In this document: piece after piece, positions 1-11,180 of the stretch
Layout of the letters: each line of letters opens with the position of its first letter
Position numbering within the stretch: position 1 is the first letter of the stretch
From: Sphingomonas sp.
GTDB lineage: Bacteria; Pseudomonadota; Alphaproteobacteria; Sphingomonadales; Sphingomonadaceae
Assembly: GCA_031394005.1 (NCBI GenBank)
Contig: JANMWM010000012.1
Location: forward strand, 1 to 34,928
DNA length: 34,928 nt
Direction of reading: 5' to 3'
Position numbers and translations under genes: made by a program
The notes under the pieces: model-generated
What the model saw: the letters and a program-made list of their open reading frames with translations, nothing else
What the model was told of the DNA's origin: nothing
The model's database searches: none

Positions 1-9
1 ATTGATCAA
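1..9 (-). CDS. First three codons of a gene running off the window, probably a DUF4167-family protein
   Basis: Minus strand reads AAGGAC-ctactct-TTG ATC AAT (M-I-N). From memory, DUF4167 genes follow prmC in alphaproteobacteria and begin MINNRQ in sphingomonads. Only 3 codons are visible. Confidence 0.4.
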
Positions 10-216
10 AGAGTAGGTCCTTGTCACACGGCGCTTTGACGCGCCCGATCTTGTCCTTCGGCAAGAAATCCGTCCCCCCGGAAACCAGCAGTTCGCGATT
101 GCGAAACCGCCTTTGACCTTGGCCAAGCGCGTGAGCACTGAGTCGGCCGCTGTCGTCGGAGGGTGGGAAGGCGCGAGCCCCAAGTCTGTCTGGAGCGGCA
201 TCCGTCCCTGGATGCG

Positions 217-245
217 ACCTAATCGGGTTGCGCCGAAATATGCAA
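217..245 (-). promoter_or_regulatory. Putative sigma70 promoter for the gene starting at 9
   Basis: Minus strand TTGCAT (245-240), 17-nt spacer, TTAGGT (222-217), followed by a GCATCC/GGATGC hairpin (198-215). Confidence 0.35.
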
Positions 246-250
246 GCGAT

Positions 251-1074
251 TTATGTGCTTGAGACCAGCAGTGCGCGCGGACGGCCGCCAAAATCACGCG
301 CCAAGCGGCTGGAAAGTCCCGCTTTCGCGAGCACCGCCGCGGCGCTCTCGTCCTGGTCGTAACCGATCTCGATCGCTGCCAGCCCTCCCGGCGCGATCAG
401 CCGCGCGAGCTGTGGCACGAGGGTTCGGTAGGCATCGAGCCCGTCGTCGCCGGCGAACAGCGCCTCGTGCGGCTCATGCTCGGCGACTCCCGGCCCTAGC
501 ACGGCATCGCGCGCGACATAGGGGGGGTTGGCGAGTACCAGGTCGAACGACTCGTCGATCCCCTGCGCCCAGTCGCCGATCCTGAGTTCTGCGCGCCCGG
601 ACAGTCCGAGCCGCTCGGCATTGCGGCGGGCATATTCGAGCGCGTTGGGCGAGAAATCTATCCCGATCCCGGTCGCGCGCGGCCATTCGTCAAGCGCGGC
701 AAGCAAGAGTGTCCCTGGGCCCGTGCCGAGGTCGAGTACCCGCTTTGGGCCGGGAGTGCCGGCAAAATGCTCGACCGCGGCGGCGATCAGCGTCTCGCTG
801 TCGGGGCGCGGGATGAGCACTCCGGGACCAACCTCGAGCTCGATGTTCCAGAAGCCGCGGTGGCCGGTGATATAGGCCACGGGTTCGCCCGCGAGACGCC
901 GCTCAAGCATTGCTGCGAAGGTCGCGGGCGGTGGCGCTGCGGGTGGGTCGAGCAGGAGCCGGTCGCGCCCGATGCCCAGCGCCGCGGCCATGAGCAACTC
1001 GGCGTCAAGGCGCGGCGTATCGCTGACCGGTGCCAGCTCGCGGCTAGCCTTCGCCAGCGTCCGGTCGAGCGCGC

Positions 1075-1078
<4 letters not shown>
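251..1078 (-). CDS. prmC: Release factor glutamine methyltransferase (HemK/PrmC)
   Basis: [26 protein letters not shown] motif and NPPY motif. ATGA overlap with the prfA stop. Confidence 0.97.
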
Positions 1079-2147
<1,069 letters not shown>

Positions 2148-2151
<4 letters not shown>

Positions 2152-3428
2152 GTTTGATGGTCTAACATGCTGTCACCGGAAATCTGACGATATGGCTCCG
2201 GCATCTTTGAGAAGATGAACATAAAAAATTCCATGCTACTTTCACCGGCCTCTCGCCGCTGGCTCAAGTTCACACGGTCACGCATTTCCTCGGCATCTTT
2301 GACGAACAGTACGCCGCGCGCGCCCTTGTTTCGGGCAGCCTCAGCGCGTCGTTTGACATTTCCTCGGAGTGGAACTTCACAACTGACACCCTGCTTTCGA
2401 AGGTGCGCCGCAATTCGTAAAACCTCTATTTCCATTACCGGGCTCTCGGCAACAATGCCCAAGGAGGGGGTTTCAACCAGCGGCGCGTCGATCAACATCG
2501 CTAGCCGCTCAATCCCCGCGGCCCAGCCGACCGCTGGAGTGTGCGGACCGCCGAGTTGTTCGATCAGCCCGTCATAGCGTCCGCCCGCGATCACCGTCCC
2601 CTGCGCGCCAAGTTGGTCGGTGACGAACTCGAACGCGGTGTGGCGGTAATAGTCGAGGCCGCGGACCAGGTGGGGCGCGATTTCATAGACGACCCCCGCT
2701 GCGTCGAGCCCAGCCTTGACCGCGCCGAAGAAATCCTCAGCCTCGGCGGTCAGCGCCATCGGCGGCGCGCTGTCGGCGAACGGGCGATCTCGCGCGTCCT
2801 TGCTATCCAAGATACGCAGGGGGTTCTTGTTGAGTCGCGCTTGGCTGTCCTCGCTCAGCTCCGCGCGGTGGCTCGCGAAATGCTCAACCAGTTGCGCGCG
2901 CCACGCGTCGCGGCTCTGCGCGTCGCCGAGCGTGTTGAGCTTGAGCCGCACCCCCGCAATCCCCAACTCACTCAGCAACTGCGCCCCGAACGCCAGCAAC
3001 TCGACATCGGCCGCCGGTTCGCCCGACCCGATCACCTCGGCATCGAGCTGGTGGAATTGCCGAAACCGCCCCTTCTGCGGCCGCTCATAGCGGAACGCGG
3101 GCCCGTGCGTCGCGACCTTCAACGGCGCGAATCGCTGCCACCCTTCGGACAGATAAGCCCGGCAAATTCCCGCCGTGAACTCGGGCCGCAAGGTGATCGA
3201 CTCCCCCGATCGATCGTCGAACGAGTACATCTCCTTCGACACGACATCTGTGGTCTCGCCCATCGTCCGCGCAAACACTGCGGTCGGCTCGATCACCGGC
3301 ATCTCAATCCGCTTGAAGCCATACAGCCGCCGCACGCGATCGAAGGTCGCGACGACATGCGCGAAGCGGTCAGCCTCCTCGCCGATCAGGCTCTGCGTTC
3401 CGCGGACGGGTTGGGGGGCCTGTGCCAT
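2148..3428 (-). CDS. hisS: Histidine--tRNA ligase with divergent C-terminal domain
   Basis: [38 protein letters not shown] and GWAAGIERL class IIa motifs. Confidence 0.97.
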
Positions 3429-3477
3429 TGGTCGAAGGCCACTAGCGGGCGTGCGCGGCGCTGGCTAGTTAGCCCCA

Positions 3478-5394
3478 ATGTCCAGCGTCACCTCGGGCGC
3501 CCTCGCGCTCTCCACCCTCCTCCTGTCCACCAGCGCACTCGCCGCCAACAGCAAGCCCCAGCCGCTGCCGATCGTCGAGACGATCCCGGTGGCGCGAGAC
3601 GTCGCCTTTCCCGGCACGATTCGCCTCGACGTTACCGCCACCGATCTCGACCGCGGGATCATCGAGGTGCGCGAGACGATCCCGGCGACCCCCGGCCCGC
3701 TCGTCCTGCTCGCCCCCAAGTGGCTTCCCGGCAACCACGGCCCGACCGGACAGATCGACAAGCTCGCCGGCTTCACCTTCACCGCCAACGGCCAGCCGCT
3801 GCGCTGGGTGCGCAACAAGGTCGACGTATTCGCCTTCCACCTCGATGTTCCAGCCGGCGCGACCAGCATCGAAGCGCGCTTCCAGTTTCTCTCGCCCACC
3901 GCCGAAGACCAGGGGCGGATCGTCGTCACGCGCGAAATGTCGAACATCCAGTGGGACGCGGTTTCGCTCTATCCCGCGGGCACCTTCGTGCGGAACATTC
4001 CCGTCATCGCCAGCCTGACCATCCCCGCCGGGTGGAAGGCGGCGACCGCGCTCCGCCCGACCGCAACCTCGTCCGACAATCGCATCACCTTCGGCGAGGT
4101 CGCTTACGACACGCTGATCGACTCGCCGGTGTTCGCGGGCAAATATTTCCGCGCCGACGACCTCGGCCACGGCATCACGCTCAACACCGTCGCCGACGCG
4201 CCCAAGGAACTGGTCGTCCCCGCCGCCGTACTCGCCAAGCATCGCGCACTCGCCGACCAGGCGGTCAAGCTGTTTGGCGCGCGCCACTTCGACCATTACG
4301 ACTTCCTCCACGCGATCACCGACCGCATGGGCGGGATTGGGCTCGAACATCACCGCAGCTCGGAAGACCAGAACGGCCCGGGCTATTTCATCGACTGGGA
4401 AGCGAGCGTCACCGACCACAACCTCCTGCCGCACGAATTCACCCACAGCTGGGACGGCAAGTTTCGTCGCGGCGCCGACCTGTGGACCCCCGACTATCGC
4501 ACCCCGATGCAGGACAGCCTGTTGTGGGTCTACGAAGGCCAGACGCAATTTTGGGGGACCGTGCTCGAGGCGCGCTCGGGAATGTCGACCAAACAACAGG
4601 TACTCGACAAGATTGCGCTCGCTGCGGCCAATCTCGACAATCAGCCGGGGCGTGGCTGGCGGCCGCTCAGCGACACGACGAACGACGAAATCATCTCCAA
4701 TCGCCACCCCGAGCCGTGGAACAGCTATCAGCGAGCGATCGATTATTACCAGGAAGGGCTACTGATCTGGACCGAAGCGGATATGATCATCCGCGAAAGA
4801 AGCGGCGGCAAGCGCTCGATGGACGATTTTGCGCACGCCTTCTTTGGCATCAACGACGGCGATTGGGGCGAAGTGACCTACAGCCATGACGATGTCGTAC
4901 GCACGCTCAACCAGGTGCAACCCTATGACTGGGCTGGGTTTCTCAAGGCGCGAATCGATGACGTCGCGCCGACGGCGCCACTCGCCGGCTTCACCCGGTC
5001 GGGCTATCGCCTCGACTACACCGATACCCCGACGCAGGCCGCCAAGGCCAACTTCAAATCGCGCAAGGTCGCCGACTTCAGCTATTCGCTCGGCTTCCAG
5101 GTCGGCAAGGAGGCCAAGCTCGCCGGCGTGCGTTGGGGATCCCCGGCATTCCAGGCGGGGTTGGTCAACGGCGCGCAGGTCATCGCTGTCGACGGTCACG
5201 CCTACAGCGATGAAGTGATGTCCGACGCTGTCACCGCGGCCAAGGGCGCGAGCGCTCCTATCGTCCTGACGGTCAAGCGCGGCGACGAGGTGCGGACCCA
5301 CTCGCTGCCCTATCACGATGGCCTCCGCTACCCGCGCTTCACCAAGGTCGGGACGGGCGAGGGCGCGCTCGACAAGCTGCTTGCGCCACGTTGA
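3478..5394 (+). CDS. Secreted M61 family (glycyl) metalloaminopeptidase with C-terminal PDZ-like domain
   Basis: Signal peptide, GLEHHRSS, HEFTHSW zinc motif, LLWVYEGQT, SPAFQAGL PDZ-like tail. Confidence 0.9.
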   Translation: MSSVTSGALALSTLLLSTSALAANSKPQPLPIVETIPVARDVAFPGTIRLDVTATDLDRGIIEVRETIPATPGPLVLLAPKWLPGNHGPTGQIDKLAGFTFTANGQPLRWVRNKVDVFAFHLDVPAGATSIEARFQFLSPTAEDQGRIVVTREMSNIQWDAVSLYPAGTFVRNIPVIASLTIPAGWKAATALRPTATSSDNRITFGEVAYDTLIDSPVFAGKYFRADDLGHGITLNTVADAPKELVVPAAVLAKHRALADQAVKLFGARHFDHYDFLHAITDRMGGIGLEHHRSSEDQNGPGYFIDWEASVTDHNLLPHEFTHSWDGKFRRGADLWTPDYRTPMQDSLLWVYEGQTQFWGTVLEARSGMSTKQQVLDKIALAAANLDNQPGRGWRPLSDTTNDEIISNRHPEPWNSYQRAIDYYQEGLLIWTEADMIIRERSGGKRSMDDFAHAFFGINDGDWGEVTYSHDDVVRTLNQVQPYDWAGFLKARIDDVAPTAPLAGFTRSGYRLDYTDTPTQAAKANFKSRKVADFSYSLGFQVGKEAKLAGVRWGSPAFQAGLVNGAQVIAVDGHAYSDEVMSDAVTAAKGASAPIVLTVKRGDEVRTHSLPYHDGLRYPRFTKVGTGEGALDKLLAPR

Positions 5395-5451
5395 CCAATT
5401 GGGGTGGAAGTAGGGGTTGCTCTGGCCGTCCCAGCGACTAGAGCGCCCTCT

Positions 5452-5988
5452 ATGAACATCGACCTCATCCCGACCGGCGACAATCCGCCCGAAAGCATCA
5501 ACGTGCTGATCGAAGTCCCGATCGGCGGCGAACCGGTGAAATATGAGCTCGACAAGGTTTCGGGCGCAATCTTCGTCGACCGCATCCTCCACACTTCGAT
5601 GCGTTATCCTGCCAACTACGGCTTCGTACCCCAGACGCTGGGCGGCGACGGCGACCCGATCGACTGCCTGGTGATGAATCGCTGGGCACTGATGCCGGGC
5701 AGCGTGATCCGCTGCCGCCCGGTCGGCGTGCTGTTCCTCGAGGACGAGGCCGGCGGCGACGAGAAGTTGCTCGCGGTGCCCGAGACCAAGACGACCCAAT
5801 ATTATGCCGACATCAATGAGGCGACTGACCTGCCCGGGATCGTGCTCAAGCAGATTGAGCATTTCTTCACCCACTACAAGGACTTGGAGCCCGAGAAGTG
5901 GGTCCGCATCGGCCACTGGGACAATGCCGCGGCGGCCAAGAAAGTCATCGTCGAGGCGATCGAGCGCGAGAAGCAGGCGAAGGGCTAG
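5452..5988 (+). CDS. ppa: Family I inorganic pyrophosphatase
   Basis: KYELDK, YPANYGF, DGDPID, DEAGGDEKL, HFFTHYKDLE. Start moved to ATG 5452 (MNIDLIP). Confidence 0.95.
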   Translation: MNIDLIPTGDNPPESINVLIEVPIGGEPVKYELDKVSGAIFVDRILHTSMRYPANYGFVPQTLGGDGDPIDCLVMNRWALMPGSVIRCRPVGVLFLEDEAGGDEKLLAVPETKTTQYYADINEATDLPGIVLKQIEHFFTHYKDLEPEKWVRIGHWDNAAAAKKVIVEAIEREKQAKG

Positions 5989-6027
5989 GCGTTGTTTGGC
6001 CAAGCCGGTACCGTTCTTCGCAACAAA

Positions 6028-8541
6028 TTACCTCCGCGCCCGCTGGAAGAAGCGGCTCGGGATGAACAGCTTGCGCAGGGTGATCCCCACGGTCCGCCCG
6101 ATCGGGTCGAGCAGGTCCTGCTGATAGCCCAGCGGCACCATCCCAAAATTGTCGCGCACCCGCTGGCGCTCGTTGAGCAGATTCTTCGCCTCGAGTCGGA
6201 TCGACGTCCCCCGCAACCACGGATGCTTCGCCAATAACGCCAGATTGTCCCCCGGATTGATGAACAGGCGCAGGTCAAAGGTCGCCAGCGGTTCGAACAT
6301 AAGGTCGCCGTTGGGGCCACCCGTGATTCGCGTTGCGGTCCGGTAATTGGCCGAGAACCGCAGCCCGACGCCATTGTTGAAATAGCCCGCCTGCGCCTCA
6401 ACTGAGTGGCGTGCGCGGCCCCCGCCCGTGCCCCCGCTCGCCGCCGAGCCCAAGAGGAAGTTCAGCTCGGGAAGGCCTTGACGAATCACTGCCTTGTCGA
6501 CCAGCGCGATGGTGTCAGTCAGCGAAAAGGTCAGCCGCCCGCGCTGGCTTAACCCGCCGCTGCCACCGCCACCGCTCCAACCGCGGTCACCGCCATGGGC
6601 CCCGCCGTCGGGTCGTCCGCGCCCGCCACCCTGCTCGCGTACCCGGCGGAACTGGTCGATCAGCGCTTGCGGCCGCGCGGCGGATTTGAGCGGTTTGGTG
6701 AAATCGAACCCGATCCGCACAACTTCGCTTCGCGCGCTGTCGTAATTGACTGGGCGGAAATCGACTGCGGTCAGATTGCCGAGCCTGTCGCGCGTGAACC
6801 GCCCGGGGAACGCCGCCTCGAGCGCCCCGCTCGGCCCGGGGAAGGACTGCACTGGGTTGGTCTGCCGCGACGAAACGAAGTCCGCGCGGAATTTCAGGTC
6901 AGTCTTTTCCCACGGTTGCCAGTCGGCGCCGAGCTTCCACACGTTGCGCCGGTCGGCGAGCAGGAGCGGATTGCCCCCGGTCGTCACGGTGACAAGCACG
7001 GTCCGCCCCTGACTATAGTCGAACACCCGCGTCCCCGGATTCGTCAGCAGCGGATCACCGAGATTGTTGATCGACGGCGCGCCCTCCTCGCGGGTGTAGC
7101 TGGTGATCAGGTTGAGCCGCGCGACGGGCGACCAGTTGGCCCCCGCGCCAAGCGTCGTCAGCGCCCCGAAGTCGGAGAAATGGTCGACTCCGGCATTGGC
7201 GTTGAGTGTCAGCAATCCGATCGCGCCAAGCGCGCCGTTGCGATTGGCGATCGGCAGGTCGACGCTCGCCGACGCCGCCTCGCGAGTCCGCCCGAGCTGC
7301 ACGCTGTTGCTGACCCCGATGCGGCTCGCCAGCGTGTCGAGGTGAAGCGTGTCGGCAGCAAACTTGAAAGTCACGTTCGAACGCCCCGCGGGAAGCATCG
7401 CGAGTGGACCATTGAGCGTTCCGACGATCCCCGCCGATCGTTGCGTCGAATGCGAATCGTCGCGTGGCAGGGCGATCCCCGCGGCGTCGGCGCCGCGGTC
7501 GCTGTTGGTGACGCTGCGGCTAAGGTCGCCATTGCCCGTCGCCGACCAGCGCCAGCGCTGCTTCTGCCCGTTGAGCGTCACCCCGAGGTGCGCCGCGTCG
7601 GTCGACCGATCGCGCGCCAGCGCCCCCAGTCCGGGAAAGTCCTGCAGGGTGGTGACGCCGCCATTGGTCACGCTCGCGGTCGGGATGCCGAACAGGCTGC
7701 GACCCTTGGTGTGCGACGCCTCGCCGTCGACTGTGGCCGACACGTCGCCGAGCACGCTGCGATTGAGCACGATCCCGCCACGCACCAATTGCTGCGACCC
7801 GACCAGCGTCCGATAATCGCGCGGGTCGAGCGGCCCCGGCTGCGTCGGGATCGTCTGTAGCGCAAGCTGCCGCTCGTTCTCGCCGAGCGCCGAATTGCCT
7901 TCGGCGTGAAGGTTGAACTGGGTGCGGCCGGTCTTGTCGACCATCAGCCGCGAGATGTCGCCCTCGGCGGTTGCATAGCCGCCCTCGGTCGCGCGTTCGC
8001 TCTCGGCCCGAACCGCAGTCGAACGGAAGCGCGCACGAAGCACCATGTTGACGACGCGCTGGTCGGCCGAATAGCCATATTTCAGCGCGACTTCCTCGGG
8101 CAATATCTCGACCCGCTCGATCGCCTCGGGCGGAAGATCGCGGATCTCCTGGAAGCCCGAAATACGCTGCCCGTTGAGCAGAATCACCGGCCCGCCGCCG
8201 CCCCGCCCGCGCGCGCTCCCCGTTTGCGGGGCGATCGCGGCGAGCAGTTCGGCAATGCTCGTCGCCCCGGTGGCGCGGATGTCGCGGGACGACAGCGTAT
8301 TTTCGGGCGGGATGTCGCCGACCACCGACCCGCGGGGCTTCTGGCCGGTGACGATTATGTCGCCACCGCCTTCGCCCTCGTCGGCAGCGGGCGGCGTCGC
8401 GATTGCGCTCGCGGATGGGCTGCTCGCGGGAGGATTGGCGGCCCCCGGAACGGCCCATGGCGGGGTCAGCGCCTCCTGCGCAAAAGCGGGTGCGACGAGG
8501 GTCAGGCACGAGGCGGCAAGCAAGAAAGTGCGGGAATTCAT
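6028..8541 (-). CDS. TonB-dependent receptor-like outer membrane protein
   Basis: Signal peptide (MNSRTF...PAFA), TonB box DIIVTG, plug motif LPPEAIERVEILP, beta-strand pattern, NLLN near the C-terminus. Confidence 0.8.
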   Translation of the reverse strand: MNSRTFLLAASCLTLVAPAFAQEALTPPWAVPGAANPPASSPSASAIATPPAADEGEGGGDIIVTGQKPRGSVVGDIPPENTLSSRDIRATGATSIAELLAAIAPQTGSARGRGGGGPVILLNGQRISGFQEIRDLPPEAIERVEILPEEVALKYGYSADQRVVNMVLRARFRSTAVRAESERATEGGYATAEGDISRLMVDKTGRTQFNLHAEGNSALGENERQLALQTIPTQPGPLDPRDYRTLVGSQQLVRGGIVLNRSVLGDVSATVDGEASHTKGRSLFGIPTASVTNGGVTTLQDFPGLGALARDRSTDAAHLGVTLNGQKQRWRWSATGNGDLSRSVTNSDRGADAAGIALPRDDSHSTQRSAGIVGTLNGPLAMLPAGRSNVTFKFAADTLHLDTLASRIGVSNSVQLGRTREAASASVDLPIANRNGALGAIGLLTLNANAGVDHFSDFGALTTLGAGANWSPVARLNLITSYTREEGAPSINNLGDPLLTNPGTRVFDYSQGRTVLVTVTTGGNPLLLADRRNVWKLGADWQPWEKTDLKFRADFVSSRQTNPVQSFPGPSGALEAAFPGRFTRDRLGNLTAVDFRPVNYDSARSEVVRIGFDFTKPLKSAARPQALIDQFRRVREQGGGRGRPDGGAHGGDRGWSGGGGSGGLSQRGRLTFSLTDTIALVDKAVIRQGLPELNFLLGSAASGGTGGGRARHSVEAQAGYFNNGVGLRFSANYRTATRITGGPNGDLMFEPLATFDLRLFINPGDNLALLAKHPWLRGTSIRLEAKNLLNERQRVRDNFGMVPLGYQQDLLDPIGRTVGITLRKLFIPSRFFQRARR

Positions 8542-8637
8542 GGTCAGCCTGACATTTAATAATTCAAGGGTGCTTGGCGAGCAGCACATGAAGCTGCCAT
8601 GACGGGGCACTTATTTTCGACCAACCGGAGGTGTCGC

Positions 8638-10164
8638 GTGATTAACGGCCGTCTTGCTGCCCGTTTTCTGTCTTCCATCGCGCTGTTATCAGCCACCGCG
8701 CCCACCCTCGCCGCCGGCTCCGCCGAGCAGGCGACCCGCGCCGCCATCGCGCGTGTCGAGCGGATCGAGCCCTCGATCAACGCCGTCATCGCGCTCGACC
8801 CCACCGCGATCGACCAGGCGCGCCGAGTCGACGCCAGCGGCTTGCGCGGTCCGCTCGCCGGAGTGCCGATCCTGATCAAGGACAATGTCGAGGTCGCCGG
8901 CCCCCTGCCCACGACCGCGGGCAGCCTCGCACTGGCCGCCAATGTCACCAACCGCGACGCCCCGCTGGTCGCCCGCCTGCGCCAGGCTGGCGCGGTGATT
9001 CTCGGCAAGACCAACCTCAGCGAATGGGCCAACATCCGCTCGACCCACTCGATCTCGGGCTGGAGCGCGGTCGGCGGCCAGACCCACAACCCCCACGCGC
9101 TCGACCGCAATCCGTGCGGATCGTCGAGCGGTTCGGGCGCGGCGGTCGCGGCCGGCGAGGTCGACTATGCGATCGGCACCGAGACCGACGGCTCGATCAC
9201 CTGCCCCGCCTCGCTCAACGGCGTGGTCGGGTTCAAGCCCACCGTCGGCCTTGTCAGCCGGACCCACATCGTCCCGATCAGCGTCAGCCAAGATACCGCA
9301 GGGCCGATCACCCGCACCGTCCACCAGGCGGCAGAATTACTGAGCGTAATCGCCGGAAGCGACCCGGCCGATTCGGCTACCCGCCAAGCCGACGCCCACC
9401 GCGTCAACTTCGCCGCAGCGCTCAGCCCCAATTCGCTCCGCGGCGCGCGGCTCGGCGTCTTGCGCTTCGCCTCCACATCTCAGCTCGATCCCGCGTTCGA
9501 AGCGGCGCTGGCGGTCCTGAAAGCACAGGGCGCGACGCTGGTCGAGATCAAGAAGTTCGACGACAAGGCGATCGGAGCGAACGAAGGCAAGGTACTCAAC
9601 GCCGAGTTGAAGGTCGGGATAAACGCCTATCTCGCGACCACCCCACCTTCGGTCACGACCCGAACGCTGGCGCAGGTCATCGCCTTCAACCAGACGCACG
9701 CCGCGCAGGAAATGGGTCTGTTCGGACAAGAAACATTCATCGAGGCACAAAAGACCAAGGGCCTCGCCGACCCCGCCTACAAGACGGCGCGCGCCACCAG
9801 CCTTGCCGCCGCCGGAGTCAACGGCATCGACAAGCTTCTCGCCGCGAGCAAGCTCGACGCGCTGGTCGGTCCGACAACTGGTCCGTCGTGGAAGATCGAC
9901 GCCGTCAACGGAGATTCATTCAGCGGCGGCGGCGCGGGCAGCCTTGCCGCGGTCGCGGGCTATCCGCACCTGACGGTGCCGATGGGGACGGTGCGCGGGC
10001 TTCCCGTTGGCCTCAGCTTCATGGGAGCAAAATGGAGCGACGCGCGAATCCTCTCGCTCGGCTTCGCCTATGAACAAGCGAGCCACGCGCTGGTCAGCCC
10101 GCGCTTCCCGCGCTCGATCGAGGCGACCCCCGAGGTTGCCCCGCTGCTCGGCCGCCAGCGCTAA
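8638..10164 (+). CDS. Secreted amidase-signature family enzyme
   Basis: [33 protein letters not shown] 8638 follows a GGAGG RBS and gives a signal peptide. Confidence 0.92.
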   Translation: MINGRLAARFLSSIALLSATAPTLAAGSAEQATRAAIARVERIEPSINAVIALDPTAIDQARRVDASGLRGPLAGVPILIKDNVEVAGPLPTTAGSLALAANVTNRDAPLVARLRQAGAVILGKTNLSEWANIRSTHSISGWSAVGGQTHNPHALDRNPCGSSSGSGAAVAAGEVDYAIGTETDGSITCPASLNGVVGFKPTVGLVSRTHIVPISVSQDTAGPITRTVHQAAELLSVIAGSDPADSATRQADAHRVNFAAALSPNSLRGARLGVLRFASTSQLDPAFEAALAVLKAQGATLVEIKKFDDKAIGANEGKVLNAELKVGINAYLATTPPSVTTRTLAQVIAFNQTHAAQEMGLFGQETFIEAQKTKGLADPAYKTARATSLAAAGVNGIDKLLAASKLDALVGPTTGPSWKIDAVNGDSFSGGGAGSLAAVAGYPHLTVPMGTVRGLPVGLSFMGAKWSDARILSLGFAYEQASHALVSPRFPRSIEATPEVAPLLGRQR

Positions 10165-10475
10165 GCGGTCACCCGCAACGCCGCGATGCAGGCGACGATG
10201 GCGAGGATCAGCAGCATCCGCACCGTCGTCGCCGGCTCGTTGAAGAAGCCCATCCCGACCGCGACAGTGCCGACCGCGCCGATCCCACCCCACACCGCAT
10301 AGGCCGTGCCCATCGGGATTTCGCGCGCCGCCCGCTCGAGTAAACCCATCGACAGCGTCACCGAAAGCAGGAACGCCCCGGTGCACGGCAGGTTTCGAAA
10401 CCCATCGACGAAGCGCAACGACGTCGTGAAACCCACCTCGAACAGTCCCCCGACAATCAGCAGTAACCACGCCAT
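10161..10475 (-). CDS. SMR family small multidrug transporter (SugE/Gdx-like)
   Basis: 104 aa, four TM segments, G10/E13 and IPMGTAYAVWGGIG. It is the C-terminal part of the listed 315-aa ORF. Alternative ATG at 10478. Confidence 0.88.
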   Translation of the reverse strand: MAWLLLIVGGLFEVGFTTSLRFVDGFRNLPCTGAFLLSVTLSMGLLERAAREIPMGTAYAVWGGIGAVGTVAVGMGFFNEPATTVRMLLILAIVACIAALRVTA

Positions 10476-10517
10476 CATGCCCCCTTCGCGCTGGACGTAA
10501 GGTCGGCAAACGCTATC

Positions 10518-11180
10518 ATGCCCGCCGTGGCGACGCGCAAGACCCTCGGCAACAGCATCGCGCCCACGCGCTTCATCATCTTCTTCGCGATGCTTGGCGC
10601 AAGCGTCGCGATCGCGACCATCATCACGCCGTGGTGGTTGTCGGTGATGATCGGCTTCGACCTGTCGGCTTTGGTGTTCATTCTCAGCTGCATCCGGCTC
10701 TATCGCACCTCGAACCATGTCCACATGCGCGAGGTCGCGGTCGCGAATGACGCCAATCGCACCGTGCTGCTCCTGCTCGCGTTCGCGCTCGCGGTCGTAA
10801 TCCTGGTCGCGGTCGGCAGCCAGATGTCCAGCAAGACCCACACCACCCCAGTCGATGTCGCCATCACCATCGTCACGCTGCTGACCAGCTGGTTCTTCGG
10901 CAACACCGTCTACGCGCTGCATTACTCGCATCTCTATTACACCAGCGACGACGGCGGGAAGGACCAGGCCGGGCTCGAATTCCCCGGGGGCGACAAGACG
11001 CCGATCTTCTCCGACTTCGTCTATTTCGCCTTCACGCTGGGTGCGGCTCTGTCGACCGCCGACACCAACATCACCTCGCCACACATCCGCCGCGTCGCCA
11101 CCGCGCACAGCATCGTCGCGTTCATCTACAATGTCGGGGTATTCGCGCTGACCGTAAATTTGCTCGCGGGGAAAAGCTAA
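10518..11180 (+). CDS. DUF1345 family membrane protein
   Basis: Multi-TM protein with YALHYSHLYY, GLEFPG and DFVYFAFTLG motifs. Confidence 0.82.
   Translation: MPAVATRKTLGNSIAPTRFIIFFAMLGASVAIATIITPWWLSVMIGFDLSALVFILSCIRLYRTSNHVHMREVAVANDANRTVLLLLAFALAVVILVAVGSQMSSKTHTTPVDVAITIVTLLTSWFFGNTVYALHYSHLYYTSDDGGKDQAGLEFPGGDKTPIFSDFVYFAFTLGAALSTADTNITSPHIRRVATAHSIVAFIYNVGVFALTVNLLAGKS

Noticed and set aside
2541-4889. 782-aa plus-strand ORF
   Set aside because: Antisense shadow of hisS running into an alternate frame of the M61 gene. Arg/Pro-rich, no motifs, typical of high-GC DNA.
8542-8600. Fur box or operator upstream of the first TBDR (GTCAG-C-CTGAC and an AT-rich patch)
   Set aside because: Short, weak matches that cannot be told from chance or plain promoter sequence.
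10479-10517. Guanidine riboswitch upstream of the SMR gene
   Set aside because: No paired ACGR-loop hairpins or other recognisable aptamer, and very little space.
10161-11108. 315-aa ORF as a fused SMR protein
   Set aside because: The first two-thirds is the antisense of DUF1345. The SMR has its own ATG and purine-rich RBS.
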